DNA of 63,980 bases, filler included, from a bacterium (GTDB lineage: Bacteria; JBBIVP01), in assembly GCA_037439705.1 (NCBI GenBank). It is 7 parts of 7 records of this genome, joined end to end, with 100 filler letters (N's around TTAATTAATTAA, not from the genome) between each part and the next. Parts side by side here need not be neighbours in the genome. Positions count along the whole stretch, not along the records: positions 28,491 to 37,573 come from JBBIVP010000079.1; positions 37,674 to 46,751 come from JBBIVP010000080.1; 5 more parts are not named here. One strand, written 5' to 3'. The notes under the pieces are model-generated. The model worked only from the letters and a program-made list of their open reading frames with translations. It made no database searches and was not told where the DNA came from. Positions 30,270 to 38,557 of this stretch are shown here, in pieces (within the stretch, counting starts at the first letter, position 1; the number at the start of each line of letters is the position of its first letter). A program made the translations under genes and the position numbers.

Positions 30270-32243
30270 ATGAAAAGGACAGCAATAATGCTCTGTGTTC
30301 TCTTCTTTTCCTGCAGTGAAAAAGTGCACATAGAAATTGAAGAGGGGTGTAATCCCATTACAACCTCTGATTGCTTTCTTCCATTTCCATCTTCTTTCTT
30401 TTTAAAAGAAGACAAAAGCACAGAGACCGGATTCAGGGTTAATTACAGTCCGTCAGTTCTTCCTGTTTCAAAGGAAGGAATTGAGATGGATGTTATTCCA
30501 TTGAATGAAGCAGATGGTTTCAGCCCAGCAAGTCAGATTCTTGTCTATTTTGAAGAAGGTGTTGACCCGTCAACTATTCCATCCATGAAGGAGATTTCAA
30601 AATCCATAGAGCCTGAAAGCGGAATTCAACTTATAGAATGGAAAACAGGTGAGAGGGTTCCTTTATTTGTTGAAATAGATGTTAATGCTATTGGAGCTAA
30701 TGGAAAGATAATCGGAAGGCAGGGTTTGATAATAAGACCTCAGGTCAGACTAAAACCAAAGACGAGATACATCGTTGTCATAATGGATAGTGTAAAGAGC
30801 AGGACAGGGGAAGAGATAAAACCGCCAAAGCCGTTCAAGGCTTTAAGGGATGGAGAAAGAACTGATAATTCAGTGATTGAATCCATCAGGGATAAATACG
30901 AAGAGATTTTTCAATTTCTATCAGAGCTCGGGATTGAAAGAAAGAGGATTTTGCTTACATTGGATTTTATAACCGCAAGCGATGAATACATCCTTTCAAA
31001 ACTTTTAAAAATGAGGGATAAAGCGTTAAGCCTTTCTGAAAATATAGATTATGAATGGGTTAGCGATGTTTATTATCCAGATGCTAACTCATCCCCTCAC
31101 CTGTCCAGACAATTGAAGGGAAAATTTAAATGTCCATGGTTTCTTGAAAAGAGGGATGGCATTGATTTTTTAAAAACCAATGAGTTAGGCGAGCCTGTTA
31201 CCACTGGTTTCAGTGAGGTTGAGTTTGTAGTTCACATTCCGTTGTCAATAACGAACACAGTTCCATCAACCCATCCTGTAATGGTTTTCGGTCATGGACT
31301 TTTTGGCTCCGCTGAAGGTGAGATGATGACCATGTATCAGAGGGAACTCATTGACGATGACCTTCAGATGGTTCAAATAGGAACAAACTGGCTCGGAGCA
31401 TCGGTAGAATATAGAGAGACGATGGCAGGAAAGGTTCTTTTTAACATAAATCTAATAAAGACGCTCACGGACAGAATGCTTCAGGCACATATCAATTTCA
31501 CCATACTGACAAAACTTATAAAATTCCAATTGAAGGATGACCCAGAAATAGGAAATCTTATAAATCCCGATGAAATTTATTATTATGGAATTTCAAATGG
31601 AGGTGTTCAGGGAGGGACATTTATGGGGATAAATCCATATATTATAAAAGGGGTTTTGAATGTCCCCGGTGCTGTATGGACGCAGATGATACAGAGAAAT
31701 CTGATGTGGCCATTTTTAAAACTCCTTCTGGAGACAAATTATTCAGAAGACCCTCTTGAAATTCTGAAACTCCTTTCACTAATTCAAACATATTTTGACT
31801 TCGTTGACCCGATTTCATTCGCTCCCTATGTGGTGAAGAATCCTCTCCCCGGAACACCTCCAAAAATGGTTTTGATACAGGAAGCAATCGGCGATGCTCA
31901 GGTTCCAAATTTTGCAACGGAGATGCTCGCGAGAACAATGGGTATTCCAGGATTAAAACCACTTGTTTATTCAGTCTTTGGTGTTGAAGAGGTTGAAGGA
32001 CCAATTGATGGTTCTGCACTCACCCAGTGGAATCCGATGGATATGAAGAACATCCAGATTGAGGAAAAAATTCTTCCTGAATGTGGACCATATCCACCTG
32101 AAGGAAATACTGCATTGATAAATGATAACTGCGCCCACGAGGCTATAAGAAGGCTTCCTGCATTAAGAAAACAGCTGAAGGAGTTCTTCAAATCCAATGG
32201 AAAAATCGTTCAGACCTGTGATGGTGTATGTGACCCGGAGTGA
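30270..32243 (+). CDS. Putative lipoprotein with alpha/beta-hydrolase (lipase-like) domain and Ig-like N-terminal region
   Basis: Lipobox-like FFSC, DGFSP, FGHGLFG, nucleophile elbow GISNGG, candidate Asp (GDAQV) and His (CAHE). Confidence 0.65.
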   Translation: MKRTAIMLCVLFFSCSEKVHIEIEEGCNPITTSDCFLPFPSSFFLKEDKSTETGFRVNYSPSVLPVSKEGIEMDVIPLNEADGFSPASQILVYFEEGVDPSTIPSMKEISKSIEPESGIQLIEWKTGERVPLFVEIDVNAIGANGKIIGRQGLIIRPQVRLKPKTRYIVVIMDSVKSRTGEEIKPPKPFKALRDGERTDNSVIESIRDKYEEIFQFLSELGIERKRILLTLDFITASDEYILSKLLKMRDKALSLSENIDYEWVSDVYYPDANSSPHLSRQLKGKFKCPWFLEKRDGIDFLKTNELGEPVTTGFSEVEFVVHIPLSITNTVPSTHPVMVFGHGLFGSAEGEMMTMYQRELIDDDLQMVQIGTNWLGASVEYRETMAGKVLFNINLIKTLTDRMLQAHINFTILTKLIKFQLKDDPEIGNLINPDEIYYYGISNGGVQGGTFMGINPYIIKGVLNVPGAVWTQMIQRNLMWPFLKLLLETNYSEDPLEILKLLSLIQTYFDFVDPISFAPYVVKNPLPGTPPKMVLIQEAIGDAQVPNFATEMLARTMGIPGLKPLVYSVFGVEEVEGPIDGSALTQWNPMDMKNIQIEEKILPECGPYPPEGNTALINDNCAHEAIRRLPALRKQLKEFFKSNGKIVQTCDGVCDPE

Positions 32244-32246
32244 GCG

Positions 32247-33185
32247 ATGGAAAGAGATTTGGCGATTATAGGTGCGGGACCTGCTGGATTAACCGCCGGA
32301 CTTTATGCTGGGAGAGAACTTCTTGATGTTTTGATAATTGAGGAGGGAATTCCTGGTGGACAGACAAATTTGAGTCATAAAATTGAAAACTATCCAGGAT
32401 TTCCGGGAGGAATAGAAGGGATTGAACTTGCAAAAAAACTAAAGGAGAGCATTGATGACTACAAAAATGTGAGCATAGTGATGGGAAGTGTGGAAAAGGT
32501 ATTAAAAATGGATAATTTTTTTGAGGTAAGGTTCGGCAAAGAAAGCGTTCTTTCAAAGGCTGTCATTGTATGTTCAGGAATAAAGCAAAAAATGCTCGGC
32601 GTCAAGGGAGAGAAGGAATTTTTTGGAAGAGGTGTATCTGTATGCGCTACATGCGATGCTTTGTTTTTCAAAAACAAAGAAGTAATAATGGTTGGCGGAG
32701 GGGATACTGCTGTTAAAGAGGCACTTTTTCTTACAAGAATTGCGTCAAAGGTTAAGGTGGTTCACAGAAGGGATGAGTTCAGGGCAGAAAGGATTCTTCA
32801 GGAAGAATTGAAGAGAAATCCAAAGATAGAGCTATGGACTAGCAGGGTAGTTGAGGAGATTGTCGGAACTTCAAGGGTTGAGGGAGTATATGTCAGGAAC
32901 CTGAAAACCAATGAAAGAGAATTTATAAAGGCAGATGGTGTCTTCATTCACATAGGGGTTATCCCGAGAACGGAATTCTTAATGGAGGTTGAGGGAATAA
33001 AGTTTGACAAAGATGGTTTTATAATCACCAACGAATATATGGAGACAGGTGTAAAAGGACTTTTTGCAGCGGGTGATGTTCGTTCAAAGAAGTTCAGGCA
33101 GGTATCCATATCTGTTGGAGAGGGGGCTGTAGCAGGGCTTTCAGCATCTGAATATGTAGAATCAATAAAAAGGGGTGAAATATGA
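32247..33185 (+). CDS. trxB: Thioredoxin-disulfide reductase
   Basis: GAGPAGLTAG, CATCD, GGGDTA, HRRDEFRA, FAAGDV. Confidence 0.95.
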   Translation: MERDLAIIGAGPAGLTAGLYAGRELLDVLIIEEGIPGGQTNLSHKIENYPGFPGGIEGIELAKKLKESIDDYKNVSIVMGSVEKVLKMDNFFEVRFGKESVLSKAVIVCSGIKQKMLGVKGEKEFFGRGVSVCATCDALFFKNKEVIMVGGGDTAVKEALFLTRIASKVKVVHRRDEFRAERILQEELKRNPKIELWTSRVVEEIVGTSRVEGVYVRNLKTNEREFIKADGVFIHIGVIPRTEFLMEVEGIKFDKDGFIITNEYMETGVKGLFAAGDVRSKKFRQVSISVGEGAVAGLSASEYVESIKRGEI

Positions 33186-33646
33186 AGATAGAAGAAATGC
33201 TCGCAAAAACAGTCCTTTTCGCAGGACTTACCTCTGACCAGATATATCAACTGATGAAGACTGCGAAGTCAGAGGAGTTCAAGGCAGGAGAGATAATTTT
33301 CAAGGAGGGTGAAAAAGGAGACAAACTTTACATAATCCTTTCAGGAAGCGTAAGAATCAGCAAGCAGATTCCCGGAAGTGGTGAAGAGGCACTTGCTGTT
33401 CTGAAACCCGGTGATTTTTTCGGTGAGATGGCACTCATAGATGATGTGGAGAGGTCAGCAGATGCCATTGCCAATGAGAGTTCCCGACTTTTGAGCATTG
33501 ATAGAGCCTCGTTTGAATCCCTTCTTTTTCTCAACAAAGAACTTGCCTATACTATCTTGTGGAACTTTCTGAGAACCCTCTCAAAGCGATTAAGGGAGAC
33601 AAACGAAAAAATAAGAGCCCTTCTTGCGATGAAGGGAGGGTTTTAG
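33182..33646 (+). CDS. Stand-alone cyclic nucleotide-binding domain protein
   Basis: IFKEGEKGDKLYIILSG, GDFFGEMAL, RSADA; no HTH domain. Confidence 0.9.
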   Translation: MKIEEMLAKTVLFAGLTSDQIYQLMKTAKSEEFKAGEIIFKEGEKGDKLYIILSGSVRISKQIPGSGEEALAVLKPGDFFGEMALIDDVERSADAIANESSRLLSIDRASFESLLFLNKELAYTILWNFLRTLSKRLRETNEKIRALLAMKGGF

Positions 33647-34039
33647 TTTTCAATTATTTCTTCTTTGATTTTTTCAAGAAGCATATCCCTAACCTGGCGG
33701 AGGGTTTCAATATCTCCTTTTTCTGCCGGATCAGGAATTGACCACGAAAGTCTTTTATTCGCTTTTCCAGGGAAAAACGGGCATGTTTCCTTCGGGTCTC
33801 CAGCACAAACGGTAATTACATAATCAAATTCCTCTCCTGTGAACTGGTTTAGATGTTTGCTTTTGTGATATATTTATTCCTATTTCCCTCATAACCTCTA
33901 TCGCAAGTGGATGAACCTCTTTTATTTCAATACCAGCACTAAATGCCCTGAATTTTTCTTTGAAAAGGAAATTTACAAGTCCCTCTGCCATCTGAGACCT
34001 TGCTGAATTCTCTCTGCAAAGAAAAAGAATTTTTTTCAT
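33643..34039 (-). pseudogene. arsC: Arsenate reductase (LMW-PTP/ArsC family) with frameshift near 33867
   Basis: N-half LFLCRENSARSQMAEG...EIGINIS continues in another frame as HKSKHLNQFTGEEFDYVITVC...CPFFPG...WSIPDP...RQVRD...IIEN* (stop 33643-33645). Confidence 0.85.
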
Positions 34040-34041
34040 TT

Positions 34042-34203
34042 TCAATCTAAGGGTTCAAAATCAGATTTAGAAGCACCGCATACAGGACATACCCACGAAT
34101 CAGGAAGGTCTTCAAAAGGTGTTCCGGCTTTTATTCCTGCGTCTGGGTCCCCTTTTTCAGGGTCATAAACATATCCGCAGATCTGACACTTATATTTTTT
34201 CAT
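34042..34203 (-). CDS. Rubredoxin (not in ORF track)
   Basis: Hand translation: [56 protein letters not shown] aggagg. Confidence 0.96.
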   Translation of the reverse strand: MKKYKCQICGYVYDPEKGDPDAGIKAGTPFEDLPDSWVCPVCGASKSDFEPLD

Positions 34204-34218
34204 CTCGTACCTCCTTCT

Positions 34219-34857
34219 TTATTTAAAAATCTCACCTGTTTCCTTGAACCACAAAAGCAGGTCAAGATGAGCCACCGGTATTGAGCATTTTTTGGAAAAG
34301 TTAATAAATTTTTGCTCCAGTTCAAGATATTTTTTCTTTGACAGGAATTCTGGAATTTCATCTATCACACCATATTTTTTCATATTTTTCAGAATGTGCC
34401 TGTCAAGAATAGCAATTTCTTCTCCGAGCCCTATATTTCTCAAAAAATGGCTTGCTTCCTTGTAACCCATTCCATTTACGCTTTTTACGAGAAATTCTCT
34501 GAGCTCGTGAAGAGATTTAAAAGAAGAAGGTAAATTCTTTATTTCTATCTTTCCGTTTTTTATAAAAAGTTTTCTCGCTGAAACTATATACTCAGCCTTT
34601 TTGTTCTTAAATCTCACACCCTTCAAATATGGAAGTATATTTCTCCTTGTGCCATTCAGAAGGAGTCCAGTTTCTGAAAGTGCTTCTATTGCCTCCCAGC
34701 AGATTTTCGCCTTTGATTGGGGAGTAAGAAGGCAGAACGCGAGTTCAGCAAAAATTTTCTTTTCGTCTTTTAGGGTTTTCCTGAATTCATCAATTTTAGA
34801 TTTTATCGCAGATTTCTTTTTTCTATAAAGGTTTTTCAGTTTATTTATTTCTTCCAT
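34219..34857 (-). CDS. ogg: 8-oxoguanine DNA glycosylase/AP lyase (archaeal/Thermotoga-type Ogg)
   Basis: ELAFCLLTPQS, RFKNKKAEYI, HhH GMGYKEASHFLRNIG, ILDRHI, LDLLLW..TG.IFK. Confidence 0.9.
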   Translation of the reverse strand: MEEINKLKNLYRKKKSAIKSKIDEFRKTLKDEKKIFAELAFCLLTPQSKAKICWEAIEALSETGLLLNGTRRNILPYLKGVRFKNKKAEYIVSARKLFIKNGKIEIKNLPSSFKSLHELREFLVKSVNGMGYKEASHFLRNIGLGEEIAILDRHILKNMKKYGVIDEIPEFLSKKKYLELEQKFINFSKKCSIPVAHLDLLLWFKETGEIFK

Positions 34858-34923
34858 TTTCTTTTATTTTATTCAGGCTCTAATTTTTTTCAAGAGGTAT
34901 TAAAAATTTAGAATTCATAAAAA

Positions 34924-36045
34924 TTATGGCATAAAGGTCATCGCAAAAATTGAGGAAATTCCCGAGACTATGAACGGCGTTGAGGAATTAACAAACTGAA
35001 TGAGGATTCCAGAAATTATTGCTCCCATAAATGCTGAAAGGGCAACTCCCGAACGTATTCCACCCCATATCCTTCCCATCCTTTCCTCTACAAAAATTGA
35101 TGATGCTACCTCCCTTGAGCCGACGAAAATAAAGGCATCTCCTGCTACATGTAAAAACCTGAAAAGGAGAACGGAAAGGAACCCTTCAGAAAAAACCATC
35201 AATATACTGCCAGTTCCTGAAAGGAAAAGCCCAAGAGAATATAATTTCCTTCCGCTTATTCCCATTTCTGAAAGCCTCCTTGTGAAAAGTCCGCAGAAGG
35301 ACAGAAAAAAAATGGACAACCCCAGGACAAGTCCTATTTCTGACTCATTGAGTTTAGGAACACTCTTGAGGAAAATTGCGAGTGCACTTGTTTCAGCACC
35401 AAAATGCAGTCCGTGGAAGATGTTCACAAGCAGGAGGGAGATGAATTTCTTCTCCTTCCAGAACTTATTGTTTCCTTCATAATCTCTTTTTTCTATTCCA
35501 TTTTTTTTAAAGAATTTAAACGAGAAAAAAGATGTGAAAAAAGAAATGATAGCAAGAAGGTAAAAAAATGGAGGAAATCCGGCATTTTGCGTGAGAAATC
35601 CAGCCACGATGTATCCAATTCCCATCCCTATCCCTCCAGAACCTATGTATCCGCTGAATCCCTTTTCTGATTTTTCTTCACGATAGAACAAAGTGTCAAT
35701 GGAGATGTTTATGAGTGCCATGCCAATGCTTCCAGCAATATAAACTAAAATGAACCCTGTAAAATTTTTTATGAGCCCTATAAGGAAGGAGAAGATAAAG
35801 AATAAAAGAAGACCAGTTGAAAGGACAATTTTTGAAGAAAGGACATCGCATAAATAACCAGCGTATGGATAAAAAATTGCCGGGAATATGTAAACTGTTG
35901 AAGTGAGAAATCCAATCTGGCTTCCGTTTAGGGAGATGCTTTTGAGGTAGGATGGTGCAAATATAAAAATTGTATTCAGAAACCAGCTCACAAATGCGAT
36001 TAACATTTTGAGAGAAGTTTCTTTATCTCCTTTTATTCCTGCCAT
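34924..36045 (-). CDS. MFS transporter
   Basis: About 12 hydrophobic segments; GYLCD motif-A-like sequence. Confidence 0.8.
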   Translation of the reverse strand: MAGIKGDKETSLKMLIAFVSWFLNTIFIFAPSYLKSISLNGSQIGFLTSTVYIFPAIFYPYAGYLCDVLSSKIVLSTGLLLFFIFSFLIGLIKNFTGFILVYIAGSIGMALINISIDTLFYREEKSEKGFSGYIGSGGIGMGIGYIVAGFLTQNAGFPPFFYLLAIISFFTSFFSFKFFKKNGIEKRDYEGNNKFWKEKKFISLLLVNIFHGLHFGAETSALAIFLKSVPKLNESEIGLVLGLSIFFLSFCGLFTRRLSEMGISGRKLYSLGLFLSGTGSILMVFSEGFLSVLLFRFLHVAGDAFIFVGSREVASSIFVEERMGRIWGGIRSGVALSAFMGAIISGILIQFVNSSTPFIVSGISSIFAMTFMP

Positions 36046-36145
36046 AATTGAACTCTATAACACAGAAAAAAAGAAAATTAAAATTCAGAAATAAAAAACC
36101 CAAAATTTACTTGATTTTTATTTTTATCATAGTAAATTAAAAAAT

Positions 36146-36652
36146 ATGGTCAAGAAGAGATGGATATTTTTGGTTTTCATTCTTTTATCTCCCTTTCTTT
36201 TAAACTTCAAAGTGGGTGAGAGGGTAAAGCCCTTTGAGTTAAGGGATATAGATGGGAACTGGTTTCAACTTAAGGATTATTGTGGTGACAGTCCAAAGGT
36301 GAAGGTTGATGTTATTATTCTTGATTTCTTTTCTACGGATTGTTCTCCATGCAAAAGGGCGATAGAGGTTCTCAAAAGGATAAAGAATGAGTATAAGGGT
36401 GTTGAGGTATTTCTTATAAGTTTCAAGGAGAGCGAGAGGGGTTTGAGGAAATTTTTTGGGGACAATTTTCCTTTCAAAATTCTTATGGACAAGTATGGGG
36501 ATACAGCGAGCGATTACGGTGTTATAGGGTTGCCCCATACTGTTTTTCTTGATGGAAAATGTGTGTGGATGGATGAGATAAGGGGGGAGATGAAGGAGCA
36601 TGAGAAGGTTTTGAGGGAGAAGGTTGAAAAGATAATCGGGATAAGGAGATGA
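36146..36652 (+). CDS. TlpA/ResA-like thioredoxin-fold protein
   Basis: Signal/anchor, FELRDIDG, DFFSTDCSPCK, YGVIGLPHTV. Confidence 0.85.
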   Translation: MVKKRWIFLVFILLSPFLLNFKVGERVKPFELRDIDGNWFQLKDYCGDSPKVKVDVIILDFFSTDCSPCKRAIEVLKRIKNEYKGVEVFLISFKESERGLRKFFGDNFPFKILMDKYGDTASDYGVIGLPHTVFLDGKCVWMDEIRGEMKEHEKVLREKVEKIIGIRR

Positions 36653-37573
36653 GGAGGATTTTTTTAATTTTTTCTGTATTTTTTGTTTCGGGCTTATTTT
36701 TTAACCTTAAAGCATTGGAGAGGGAAGGGGACCTTGCGGTGCTTGAGTTTGTGAAGGGTAAGGGAGTTCCTGAGGAGGTGAATGTTGGTTTTTTGAGGAG
36801 GGTTGTTATGGAGGAGGCATCAAAACTTACAAACTACAGGGTGATGACCCAGGAGAATGTATTTGTCATATTGAGGGATAAGGGGGTTGACCCGAGTAAG
36901 TGTGGTGATGTAGAGTGTGCGGTTGAGTATGGAAGGTTTCTTCAGTCGGATAAGGTTGTTATAGGGCATCTTGAGTTCATAGAGGGTGTATATTATATAA
37001 GCCTTCTTCTTTATGATGTTTCATCAGCGAGTATAGACCGTTCTGTGTCAAGGGATTGTGAGGGGTGTTCTTTTAAGGTGATTGTTGAGAAGGTGAGGGA
37101 TGCTGTGAAGGAACTTTTTGGAGTTGTTACAGTTGAGCCATCGGGTGTGGTTAAGAAAGAGGGTGCTGGGAGGGAGCTGAAGGAGGGTGAGGTGAATGTG
37201 ATGGTTTGTGATGAGAGTGGGAATCCGATTAAAGGCAGGATTTATATAGATGAGAAGATGGTGGGGATGGGTTCTGGGAGTTTTGTAGTTTCAGAGGGCA
37301 GGCATTCCATAAGGGTTGAGAAGGAGGGGTATAAGGGTGAGGAGAAAAGAATTTCTGTGAAGGCTGGTATTAAGGAAGAGTATAAATTCAAACTTAAAGT
37401 TGAGAAGAAGGAAGAGAAGAAGAAAACGGTGGGGAGTTATTTTTACCTTTTAGGAGGATTGCTGGGTCCAATTTCTGGAATAAGTTATTTAGAAGGTTCT
37501 GTTGAAGCGGTTATAGATATGGGATTTAGCGTATTTTCAAGAAAAGGATTTTCTCTTTCTCTTGGAGGCAGGT
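36649..37573 (+). CDS. Secreted PEGA-domain protein with N-terminal CsgG/TolB-like domain, truncated
   Basis: Signal peptide; CGDVECAVEYGR; IYIDEKMVG...GRHSIRVEKEGY (PEGA-like). Confidence 0.7.
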
Positions 37574-37673
37574 NNNNNNNNNNNNNNNNNNNNNNNNNNN
37601 NNNNNNNNNNNNNNNNNTTAATTAATTAANNNNNNNNNNNNNNNNNNNNNNNNNNNNNNNNNNNNNNNNNNNN
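37574..37673. other. Artificial contig linker
   Basis: N run with TTAATTAATTAA. Confidence 0.98.
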
Positions 37674-38508
37674 CCATAAGGTCATACACTCCAACACGGG
37701 AACTTGAAAGGTCTGTATCATAGAGGTCAGGAAGGTTAAGGAGGTGCCCGAATTCGTGGGCATAAACACCCATATCTATCAGATCGTCTTTTCCGTTTCT
37801 TGGAATAGCTGTTAGTTCGGGTCCGAGAATAAACCTGTCTATAGAAACTCCATCATCAGTTTCAAAATAGCCTCCTGTTGCAGAAAAAGAAAATGACTGA
37901 GACCATATCTTATTGCAACCGCTTAAAGTAGTGCACTTCTGTTCCCCGCCATATCCAGAATGAACTACAATCAGGCAATCAACAATTCCGTCTCCATCTC
38001 TATCATAATTGCTTTAGTTAGAACATCCTTTACAAAATTCAACCCGCCAAGACATGTTCCGCCATCCTGTGATGGAGAACATCTTGGGTCGTCATTACAG
38101 GAACCACTTCCGTAACAGGCTTCTGTATTTGGGACGGGATATACTCCGAAGACATCTCCTTTTATGCTGAATTTTCCAATGCTCATTTCCGTATAAAATT
38201 CGTTCATGCTCGGGTATGGATAAAGAACCGGTTCTGTTAAACTTCTGAAAAACATTTCCCTTAAAATAATCCGCAACGGTCATGTTTTCAGGATATTTTA
38301 TAGGTACATCTTTGAACTCACCGATTAGAACAACACACTTCATTTCCCCTGATACGGGTTCGGGATAAAATTGCTGATAAAGAAATCTGCTCGTCTCCTC
38401 AAATAAAACCATTTCTTCCTTTTTAATTCCAGGGATTTCTTTGTAAATTCTTAAATCAGGAGGAGAAAGGAGAAAGAGAATCACTTTTAAGAATAAGATG
38501 CATTTCAT
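37674..38508 (-). pseudogene. M6-family (immune inhibitor A-like) metalloprotease with two frameshifts, cut by gap
   Basis: Three frames join: ...VVLIGEFKD.. / ..SMNEFYTEMSIGKF..VLTKA / SNYDRDGDGIVDCLIVVHSG..IWS..GVYAHEFGHLLNLPDLYD..YDLM. Confidence 0.85.
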
Positions 38509-38557
38509 TTTTTTATTATCTCAAAAAATAAAACCAAATGCAAAAATTAACTGCTTT

